Source: Adineta vaga
Taxonomy: Eukaryota > Animalia > Rotifera
Assembly (NCBI GenBank): GCA_021613535.1
Contig: CP075495.1
Location: 4,216,001-4,280,000, forward strand
Length of the DNA: 64,000 nt
Reading direction: 5' to 3'
In this document: piece by piece, positions 40,195-50,846 of the stretch
Layout of the letters: each line of letters begins with the position of its first letter
Numbering within the stretch: the first letter of the stretch is position 1
Notes under the pieces: model-generated
The model's database searches: none
What the model was told of the DNA's origin: nothing
What the model saw: only the letters and a program-made list of their open reading frames with translations
Translations under genes and position numbers: made by a program

Positions 40195-40731
40195 ATGAAA
40201 ATCCAAAAAGTATGTCTTTTTGGTAAAGCATTTTGCCGAGAATTTAAAGCGTAGGTGTTATTTAAGATTTTCTTTGTTTATTAATATATTTGTTTTATGG
40301 TTCATACTAGATTTGCTTTACAAGGCAATGTATTTGATTTAGCTGTTGGTATTATCATTGGTACTGCTTTTTCCAATGTTGTTAAATCTCTTGTTGAAGA
40401 TATAGTCACTCCACCATTTGGTTTTCTTTTGGGTGGAGTTGATTTTGCTAATTTAACGATTAAAATGCGCAATTTTATATATACAGATCAACCTCCTGTT
40501 GTTATACGTTATGGAAAATTCATTCAAGAAATTCTCTATTTACTGATTATGGCATTAGTATTATTCTTTCTTATTAAAGGAATTAATAAAATACATGAAA
40601 TAGCATCTAAACGTTTGTTGGAAGAAGGCAAGAAAAAAGTTAAAGAATTAAGTGACGAAGCGAAAATTTTAACAGAAATACGAGATATATTGGCAAAACA
40701 AAATCCAATGATTGAAGAAGTTATGTTGTAA
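40195..40731 (+). CDS. mscL: Large-conductance mechanosensitive channel MscL, copy 2 (intron 40251-40310)
   Basis: Spliced: MKIQKVCLFGKAFCREFKA|FALQGNVFDLAVGIIIGTAFSNVVKSLVEDIVTPPFG...YGKFIQ...EAKILTEIRDIL. Confidence 0.95.
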
Positions 40732-40935
40732 ACAAAGATTTAGAATTTTTGTATTTATTAAATAAAGAACATATTTTCTAGAGAGAGTACATAAAACATT
40801 ATTAGAATAACTTTTCGCCTATCAATTTAATTTAGTATATGACAAATAAAAAACGAAAGTATCAGTATGGCGCTTTGTTACCAAGCTCATTCATTTCATT
40901 TGCATTTTTGTTTTATTTTGTTCTATAATAAAAAC

Positions 40936-41718
40936 ATGTCGAACGAATCAAATCGATTAATTGACGAAGAAATCGAACGAATTTTTAATGGAAAAACAGT
41001 AATTACAACAGAACGATTTAAAGAAGTTTTTGAAGAATTTCAAAACGATCGTACTCCTAGTGCCAATCGCGGTCGTGGTGCAATGTCTCGTCCAACTCCT
41101 ATACATGATGATGTAAAACAAAAAATTAATCTAATCTTAGGGCCTGAATTAGATAAAATCAAATCAAATACAATTACAAAAGAACAAGCGAAAACAATTC
41201 TATTAGCATGGAGAAATCGATCGAAAGAAGAATGGCATTCTCACATGTCTAATCACATTCAATCATCTATTAAAGATGAAATGAAGAAACGAAATATTCA
41301 TGAAGTGAATGCTGAGCAAGCACATGATATAGTTCGAATGATTTGTCATCAAATGTCTGAATCACATGTTGGTACACCATCCGTCTTAGATGATAGTAAT
41401 AAACATGAATTTTTAAATGAATTTAAAACTAAACATGGCACAAGTAAAATCGATGCTGATGAAGTTTGGGAAATGATAAAAGTTTTTGATAAAAAACAAC
41501 ATGATAAAATGGGTTGTTGTGAGAAAAATTCTGAATTGAATAAAGAGTCAGAGAAGAAATGGAATGAATTATTCAATGAACAATATAAAGAATTATTTGG
41601 TGATCAGAATAATACAAAAATAAATGAACAACAATTAGGAGAATTAGCAAATCGAATGAAAGAAAAAAATCGACAAGATTGTATACAACATCCAGGAAAA
41701 CGTTTCTGTCAACATTAA
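40936..41718 (+). CDS. Intronless hydrophilic helical protein (~260 aa) with five degenerate EF-hand-like repeats
   Basis: Long ORF with coding-like composition; recurring x-I/V-[T/N/D]-x-E/D/Q motif between predicted helices. Confidence 0.7.
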   Translation: MSNESNRLIDEEIERIFNGKTVITTERFKEVFEEFQNDRTPSANRGRGAMSRPTPIHDDVKQKINLILGPELDKIKSNTITKEQAKTILLAWRNRSKEEWHSHMSNHIQSSIKDEMKKRNIHEVNAEQAHDIVRMICHQMSESHVGTPSVLDDSNKHEFLNEFKTKHGTSKIDADEVWEMIKVFDKKQHDKMGCCEKNSELNKESEKKWNELFNEQYKELFGDQNNTKINEQQLGELANRMKEKNRQDCIQHPGKRFCQH

Positions 41719-42183
41719 TCAAACTTTCGACTATAATGTCTATTTCTTAAAACAATGAATAGAAATTATTATATGAAAAGAAACAATCTTTTGATTTAAA
41801 GCTGATTTATCGAATATCATTTCATTGAAACTTCAAGCTTTCTCTTTTTTTTGCAACAATAATAATTTGTGACTGATCACAATCAGTATCGTGTTTATAT
41901 ATATATATATTTTTTTTTTGTAATATAGAATAAAAGAACAAATAAAGAAGAAACAGGACAACGTGTCTACAAGATATGTTACTTTTTCGAATCAAAAAAA
42001 ATGTACAATGAACAAATCTTTCTTTCAAGATGTTGACTCATTAACAATAGTGTCTGTCTTTTTTTTGCAATGTTTTGCATTAAATATATAGGTAAAGAAT
42101 TACATGACTAGGTTTTTTTTCCGAGAGAAATAATGAGAATGAGAAACGAAAATATAAATATAAAATATCAGTAAAGATTATAT

Positions 42184-43450
42184 TTATCCCATTCCAAGTG
42201 GTGATGCCGGTTGAGTTTGTTGAGAAACAATATTATTACCAGATGATCCTTGTTGAGAACTATTTGTATTTGTTGTAACTGGTGTTTCAAGATTCAGTAA
42301 TAATTGTGATAACCATTTTTTTGTTGATTGATCTTCTTTAAGAACAGCATCCTAAAATAATCCAAGTAGTAAAAGTTAAAAAAAAAAGTCTTTTTTTCTT
42401 CGTAATATTTACAAATGTATGATCTTTGAGACAATCCGGAAGACATGAACGAAGTGCTTCACGAGCACGTGCATTATCGGATAAACGTAAATAGCAACGA
42501 ATGATATGTTTCAATAATCTTCCACTTGCTTCTTTTTGCTAATTAAAAAAGAAAAATGAGAAATTATAGAAAATCTTTGTTTTAGTTCTCCTACTTGTTG
42601 TAAAACCATTCGTCCTAAGACCATAGCAACATGTGAAAATCGATCAAATGTTTGACAAATATAATTTAAACCACAATCATCAGCAAGAATTTTTTGTAAA
42701 ATAAATGTTGCAACTGTTTTTGATAATTCACTACCTGATTGCATTATACGTAATGATAATGGAATAATTTCCGTTGTTAATAAGAAATTAATCACTTCGG
42801 TTTCCAGTTTTAACAAGAGCACCAATGACACCTAAGGATGTTAAACGGAGATATTCAAATGGTCGTGTTGATGATTTTGTATTTAAAAATGGATAGAGAA
42901 AGAGAGGAATATTTGCTTGAATAAAAAGCGAACGAGTTTCAGGATGAGATGCTATACATTGAAGTAATGCTAATGCATTACATACACGATTCGATTGTTG
43001 AGCTGTTAATGTTGGAGGTGTTATATAGGGATAGACCGAACTAAAATAAAAATATTATTCTTATTATAAGAGATATTTTTGAAAGTATATGAAATGAACA
43101 TACATAACTTCATGTAAAAGAACAGCAACTGATCCAAACGAATGCCAAAGTAAAACAGCTAAATCAACGACTTTTTCACGTTTACGACTCAATTCCATAA
43201 GTGCATTTTCACGCGTTGTTGATGATAATAATTCGGTTATCCAACAAGCAATACGTTCAGAAGAAACGGGTGTATCATTTGCTGGATTATTCGCACCTGC
43301 TGTTTGTTGTTGACCTGCATTTGCACTGGAATTATTTGATGTTTGGCCAGTAGCACCAGCCGATGGAGGACCACTACCACCACCACTACCATTCGATGTA
43401 ACAATAGGATTTGGAGAAGGTGTTGACGATGTTGATGATGCCATGTTCAT
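42184..43450 (-). CDS. CNOT9: CCR4-NOT subunit 9 (RCD1/RQCD1), 4 exons, with an apparent frameshift near 42805
   Basis: [98 protein letters not shown]. Confidence 0.95.
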
Positions 43451-43992
43451 GATTACAAATGTACAAAATCTTCAAAATAACTATTGTTTATTTGTTACTT
43501 TACTTTCTTCGTCTATATCTTGATTTGTTAACTTGACTGATTGTTTTTTTTAATAATAATAACTACTGACCGGTTTCAATGAACCAATCAAATCGAACGA
43601 TAATAATGACATCTATCGAAAATGATTTGATGCATTGATGAGTTCAATACCATATAGAAAGATTTTTTACCGCTCAAAATGAAATTTTCAGACATGATTG
43701 AAATCAATAAAAAAAATTGTTGACTGAAGTTTACAAATAGAAAGATTCATATTTGAGATCACATAACTATTCAGTGTGAATTACTTGAGAAAATAACAGT
43801 TTGAAATGATGTTCTGATAATTAAATGCAATGCATCGATATTTTTTTTAGTAATATACTCTTTTCAACATTAATGACATTTTCAAAATTAGTTTTCATTT
43901 ATTAAATCTCAACGTTTAATTCTCTACTGTGTTATGATCTGACATACATATAAAACACAAAAGCAATAAGACATGATTAAATAAATCGATAA

Positions 43993-43994
<2 letters not shown>

Positions 43995-44023
<29 letters not shown>
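43995..44023. repeat. (AC)n microsatellite
   Basis: About 14 perfect AC units just downstream of the EF-hand gene stop codon. Confidence 0.9.
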
Positions 44024-44025
<2 letters not shown>

Positions 44026-44054
44026 GTTATTCATTGAAATTAAATAAATTCCAC

Positions 44055-44669
44055 TCAAGTTGAGATTCCAATTTGATCTAAAACGCCTACATCTTTAAAC
44101 CAAGCAATCAGTTCATTGAAATTGATACTTCCATCATGTCCACGATCAATTTCTTCGAATTGACAAGCTTGATGTTCATGTTCATCAATAATATGATGAC
44201 GAATTAAATCTTTTTTCATTTTATCGAATTCTTTCTTATTCAATACACCGTGATTATGTTTATCATAAGAACGAAATATTTCAGCTATATGACATACCAA
44301 TTGAGTTTGATGTGTATTCATACGAAGATGTTCAAAACGAGATGTTGTTCGCCACCATTCAGTAAATTCTTTATAATCAATTTTTCCATTTCCATCTTTA
44401 TCTATCAATGTTAATGCCCATTGAAGTTCTTCATCAGATAAATAATAACCCATATCATAGCAAAGTGAACGAAGTTCATCACGTGAAATTGAACCTGAGC
44501 AAAAAAAGAACATACAATGATCTTCATAGATCGAAAGTGAATTGTACATACCATTTTTATCCGAATCATATTTATTAAACATTAATTCAGATATTGGTTT
44601 TGTACTTCCACCAAATGCAAAGCAACTTGGTGCAAATGATGTACGTTGATTCTTATTAATCACATCCAT
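44055..44669 (-). CDS. Calmodulin-like protein with four EF-hands (in-frame intron 44495-44551)
   Basis: Loops DSDKNGSISRDE (after splicing), DKDGNGKIDYKE, DKHNHGVLNKKE, DRGHDGSINFNE. Confidence 0.9.
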   Translation of the reverse strand: MDVINKNQRTSFAPSCFAFGGSTKPISELMFNKYDSDKNGMYNSLSIYEDHCMFFFCSGSISRDELRSLCYDMGYYLSDEELQWALTLIDKDGNGKIDYKEFTEWWRTTSRFEHLRMNTHQTQLVCHIAEIFRSYDKHNHGVLNKKEFDKMKKDLIRHHIIDEHEHQACQFEEIDRGHDGSINFNELIAWFKDVGVLDQIGIST

Positions 44670-45806
44670 GTGTGTTCAGTGAAAGTAAAACAGAGAACAG
44701 TGAATGTTGTGTATGTAGAATATAATGTGCGATGCGATTCTTTCTTTTCTTACCGATCGATCCGATCTAGACCATGCACTTTTCAATGATTGGTCAACAT
44801 GGGATAACAACAAAATCTAGACAAATAAAAGAACGAACGAATATATATGTACATTGCTCATTCGTTTCGACGTGCTTATGCATCTTGAGATGAATAAGAG
44901 ACAAGTTCAGAAGATTTATGATAACAACAATAGAGAAAGGTGAATAGAATGAATGTGAACTGTTGATTATTAATAACAGTAAGTTTCAAATTAACAGAAA
45001 AGATGAAAGAGTCTACTCGCTTATCGTAGATTCAAATAAAACGAACGCTCTCAATAAATAACGCAGTCACTATTTGGCAGTTTGAGTTCGGACTACGGTG
45101 AACTTATATAGAATGTCAGTAATTGACAAAGAGATAATATTGAATAAAAGTTTTTAATATTGACAAAGAATATGCAATAAAAATCACAAAGTGTAACTAT
45201 TATTATGAGAAAAGATATCCTCCAGTCTATTAATGTTAAAAGAGCCATGGTGTTCTCTACGTTAGCAATAACATAAACTCGTATTTGACATTGAATAGGT
45301 TTAGTGTAGAAAAACTTCTGCTATCGAATTTCTGATATTGAATTGATTAATACAACACAAATGTTTTCTGAATGACCTTTAAGGAGAAAAGAGTTCGACA
45401 GATTTATATAAAATTTATGGCATATTACAAAATTTAAGATTATAGATAAAGATGTGGGTGCGTTGGAGCTCATGAAATTATGAATTCTATCGAATTGAAT
45501 TATAATCTAGCCGTTTAACATGATGAAATGTAGTATCTATAGTGTGTAGTTTATTTAATTATAGTATAATACGTTATGGAAGAAATATTTGACTAGTCAC
45601 ACTATATAAACCATTACTCATTTCGGACGACACATCTTCATTTTCATTATCATCATGGTAGAAACCTTTGTTATCATATAGTAACAATTCACCTTTTTCA
45701 ATAGCAGAATTACATAATTGAAAAGAAGATACAATGGAATCATTTGTTGTCTAAAAGAACAGATATATTTTTTTGTATATCAGTATAGGATGAAAACTTT
45801 TTTCCG

Positions 45807-47860
45807 TCAAACTTTTGTTTGTTGTTTATTATTAGAACGAGCATTGTTCATCTTGTTATCTCCAGCTATAAAATCAATTCTACCATCTCGTTGTTGTTGA
45901 AAATCATCAAACGAAACAATAATTCGACTTTTTCGAACACGAAAAGTTCGTTGTTTGACTGTTTTCGATATTTGTAAGGATTTTAAATTTGTATTAAACG
46001 ATTCAATACAATCACTTGCATTGATATTATTTTGTAAATATAATTCATCAGAATCAGATGAGAGATTATTCGAAGCATTGATTGAAGACGTCAGTAAAGT
46101 TGATTGTTGACGATGATGAAGAAATATTTGTTTCGAAGATGAATGTTGATGTTCAGATTGAAGTCTTGGAAGATCAGATCGAAGAAGATTAGTAAAATGG
46201 TTGGATTTTGATGAATACAATGGCCAATTTGATTGATCAGTATTGTATACAATTGAATCGTGCTAATAAAAAACAAAGATTTTGTTCTTCGAAGCTGTAT
46301 TACGATACAACTTATTAAATAAATTTTACATTTAAAAGTAACATATTGTCTAGTTTTTGTTGATGTCTTGCAGGAATATTTTCGAATTGTTCATTAGTAG
46401 TGATCATTTGTTGTGGTATTGTGATACGATTATCATAGGAATTTTCATCATCATCATCATCATTATCATTAATAGCGATTAAGGAAGTTTTTGTTGGTAT
46501 TCGTGGTATACTGGCTTTTAAGGTTAGGACGTTAACACATGCAGGATGATGAATATGTGCTGCTGTTGAGTCATCGAGCTTGTTTAGAATAGTTTCTGAA
46601 TGTTTTAATGTCCTATCTATATATGAATTTGGAGTAACAAATGATAATAGAGAAACGTTGACTTTTTCATCACGTTTCGTAGTTTGAATGTTATTTGAAT
46701 ATGAACATTTCTGTATACCTAATCTATTCAATCGATCATCATTACGAGCTATTCGAATGACTTCGATCAGATTTTCTGTAGCTGTTTTAATAATGCTCTG
46801 TTCTTCTATTGATAGATCTTCGATTTTTGGCGTGGAAGTCATTTTTAATTGTGAAATATCCTCATGTAATTCTGCAAGTATTCGACGAATATCATTTGTT
46901 TGGTCAATAATATCTATAAGAATTATAAATTTCCACGAACGGAAACGAAAAGATTCAATTCTACCATTTATCGAATATTTCCTAGGTGCAATTGCTGTGT
47001 CAGAAAGATCAATGAAGATGCGAGATTCGCCAGCATCTAGTATTCCAGATAAATGTGATATGCTTTCTTTGTATTTGATCAGATAATTCGGGATTGCATG
47101 AATTACTCCGTAATAACCTTGAAAATTTCAGTGATATTTCGATTATCTTTGATGTAGTAATCTTAGTTACCTGGTTGAGAAACAGGATAAGTCCGTGAAA
47201 ATTCCGTTTGATCATTATTCACTGTAATAATACAGAAATGTTTGCTTTTACGAAAGAACATCGCATTTTAAGAACTCGTACCGGAAACATTCTTTGTAGC
47301 TGTCGACTGTTGCAAAGTCTTTTCGTCATAAAGATTCAATTGCGATTTCTCCAATTTTTCTATGATCAGATCATTACAATCTATTGTCATCAAAATAACA
47401 AAAAATCGAAACAATATAGAAAGACAAAAGTTACTATCAATTTCGAAGAACTCATCATTCAATGATGAACTTAATTCAAGATCTATAGAAGATTAATTAT
47501 TTGTTCTTTAACAAGTTTGATTATTATATTACTTGGAATAAATAAATCTTCCCGATCATTATCGTATTCAAAATGATCAGTTATTTTTTGTTTATTAATT
47601 AGAAATTTTTGACTGAATTCTTCGAACAAATGAGATATATTGCTATTATTGTATATCCAATAGATAATCCAAAGAAAACACATAGTCATAATACATAATT
47701 TAATCGTATTATATAAAAGAAATGTTCCGAAACAAATGATAATCCAAGTTAAAATTTCTTCAATGGAAAATGAATAAGAGCAATAATAATGACAACACTG
47801 ACAATGATTTAACGAGAAAAGGATATCGTGCGTGCAACATATTGAATTATGATTATTCAT
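45807..47860 (-). CDS. Uncharacterised multi-exon protein with Cys-rich N-terminus, two TM segments and a long hydrophilic tail
   Basis: Minus-strand ORFs join in frame through GT..AG introns (...DLFIP|NLELSSSLNDEFFEID|NCNDLIIEK...). The 3' end is less certain. Confidence 0.6.
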
Positions 47861-48443
47861 ATTTATGAGCCATTTTTCATTTCGATGGGTGTATGAAAAA
47901 AAAATTACGAATTCTTTGAAAACATCGATCGTAGTAGAGTGCTTAAAATTTGATATATTCAACGCGCGTAAAATTCACTTAAGAATTCTAGTTTCGAAAT
48001 GGTTTATATCTCTCGCTATTTAGATTAGGAAAACTTTCGTTGATATGTACTCCCAGACATATCGAATTCGAAATTGCTCGATGAATCTCGTTATCGATCT
48101 AGATTTTTCTCCTATTAAAGCATGTCGATGTTGGTTCTACTACATTTACAAGATCTTTATTTGTCTCAAATTTTTGTTATGAATTTATTTCAAGGAGGAC
48201 AAAGCAACGTTTAGCATAAAAAAAACGAGAGGGAAAGTAATAGAGAAGTTAAAGAATTCAGTTGTTGTTTATGTTATTATATATTTTTTCTTTGGTGAAA
48301 AACAAACATGTCTAGGACTAACAAGACCAATAGACTACTGGTGAAATATAACGGAATCAGGATGGGTAGAAAAGAAAAAGAGATGATCACCTAAATGTTC
48401 TTGTACGTATGGGAAATAGATAGAAGAGAAACTTATTAATGTT

Positions 48444-48892
48444 CTAGAAGGCAAATAATAACATGAAAGCCATCATCAGACAAAAGAGACCCATGGCCTC
48501 AGACAGGGCAAAACCCAAGATGGCATAAGAGAAGAGTTGTTGTTTTAAACTTGGATTTCTTGCATAGGCTACGACGAGTGAGCCGAATACTGTTCCAATA
48601 CCTAGAAGAAACAATCGTATATACATATATATTAATCATTGTTAAATATGAAAATAAATGACGAACCTGCACCGGCACCAGCTACACCAACAGTGGCAGC
48701 TCCAGCTCCAATATATTTAGCTGCTGAATCAATATCTCGACGAATAGGTGTGGTGACAATTGATCGTTGTTGGGCAGCGGACGGAATAATCATTGAAGGT
48801 AAATGTTGTTGAATAAGACCTGCATTACGATTCACTAATAAACGGCATAATGCTGATGTTGATGCTAATGATAAACGAGTTATTGATGCCAT
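48444..48892 (-). CDS. ATP5MC: Mitochondrial ATP synthase subunit c (intron 48602-48666)
   Basis: Transit peptide followed by [60 protein letters not shown]. Confidence 0.98.
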
Positions 48893-49403
48893 TGGATAGT
48901 ATTCGAAAGAACTGGCTTGATTGCCTATGCAAATCTAAAAGTGAAATATATTGAATTAAATGCCAAGAAAAGAAAATCTCTCGTTTTTTGTTTTTTGTTG
49001 TTGTTGGTTTTTTTCCTATCGTCTTATTATTCTGTAAATGATATCCATCTTGAAAGATTGAATTGCTTACCACTACAATGAAGTTCTTCATAACAACAAA
49101 TAAAACATGTAATGAATTATGAATCTTATTTGAATAAAGTATCTACATTCATTAGTTTAGTATAAAAATTTTCTTTAAAATTTCGAGATGATACTATGAG
49201 TAAAGGTGTGCTAGATGGCGCTAGTTACTTATGAGAAAATTATTAGTTCGACATATTACTGATTTGTGTACATCGACTTGAACTGACTATATCTATTTAT
49301 GATTCGCTTTTAAAATAACAAGAGAACGAACATTTTGAAAACTTTGAACGTACAAAATAAACTAATATAGAAGATTTACTATTCTGTTTTTTTAAGATAA
49401 AAC

Positions 49404-50846
49404 ATGTTTATTTTTTGGATTTTATTCGTTCTCATACTGTATACATCCAATGCAAAAGACTTACAAATCATTCCTAGTAAACTCTTTGTACCCAAACCTA
49501 TTCGTATCACTGTCGATGATCTTCCATTACCTTATCATACAAATTCAGTACAAAAGCCACCGATTGTCATATCTATTCCTGACAATGCTACATTTTACCT
49601 TCCTGATTCAAAGTTTCGTATTTCTGTCTATCGCGATGATATGAAAACTCCACGACAAATGATCTATACACCAAAAGGTGATATACTTGTAACAGAAACG
49701 CTTGGTAATCAAATATCAATTCTTACCAATAATGGTACTAAAAAATCGATCTTTGCTGATCAATCAAATGCAATATCACAAGCATTTGGAATGGCTTTTA
49801 TAAAAGTAGACTCGCCAGATAGATCAATTATTATTCTTTTTTTAATATTCAGGAATGGTTTTATGTTGCTAATGCTGGTGATCTTCGTCGATATCCATAT
49901 AGAATTAATGATAAAAAACTTTATGGTAACGGAGATATTTTAATGACATATGAAAGTTCATATCATTGGACTCGTAGTTTGATCGTTTCACCAAATAAAG
50001 ATCGTTTGTATATAACCGTTGGTTCGGGTAGTAATGTTGATATAGAATATCCACCTCGAGCGTCTGTACAAATTGCCAAATTAGATGGATCAAATAATGA
50101 AACATTTGCTTGGGGTTTACGTAATCCTGTTGGTATTGATTTTCATCCGAAAACAGGTGATTTATATGTAACTGTACAAGAACGTGATCATATTGGTGAT
50201 GATCTCGTACCAGATTTCTTTACTCGAATACAAAAAGATGAATTTTATGGATGGCCATTTGGTATGCTTGTATTCAGAAATTTTCGTCTAATTTATTTTC
50301 TATGCGAACTTTGCTTTAGCTTATCTATCTCCAAAAAATATTGATCCACGACGTCGATTGTTAAATGGTTCAAGTGAACGATCAGATTTAGTCGAACGTA
50401 CACGTACACCCGATGTACTTTTTCAAGCTCATTCAGCTGTACTTGGTATGATATTTTATCGAGGAACACAATTTCCAAAGTATTATCGAAATGGTGCATT
50501 TGCTGCTTTTCATGGTTCATGGAATCGTGATATCGGTGTTGGATTTAATCTTGTTTTTATTCCATTTGGAGAAGATAATCGTCCTAAAGGATATTATGAA
50601 GAATTTCTCAAAGGTTTCATGATTGATTCAAAAGGTCCAAAAGTATTTGGCAGACCTGTTGGTCTATTAGAAATGCAAGATGGAAGTCTGTTATTTAGTG
50701 AAGATAGTCATGATTGTTTATATCGAATTGAATATTTAAAAGAAGATTCAAGATTTTTACCGATTATTTCAAATACAACAACAACATTGTCTATTGATAA
50801 GATTTTATTGATGATTTTATTTGTATGGAAATTGTTTTTTTTATAG
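49404..50846 (+). CDS. L-sorbosone dehydrogenase / PQQ-dependent sugar dehydrogenase beta-propeller (bacterial type); 2 introns (49806-49852, 50262-50319)
   Basis: HWTR, LYITVGSGSNV, FAWGLRNPVG, ERDHIGDDLVPDF, FYGWP, FQAHSA.LG, AFHGSWNR, GRPVG..DGSLL. Signal peptide and hydrophobic C-terminal tail. Confidence 0.9.

Noticed and set aside
47390-47860. Apparent separate small membrane ORF 93 bp upstream of the next gene (possible operon)
   Set aside because: The 'stop' TAG at 47483 is a splice acceptor; the pieces splice in frame into one gene.
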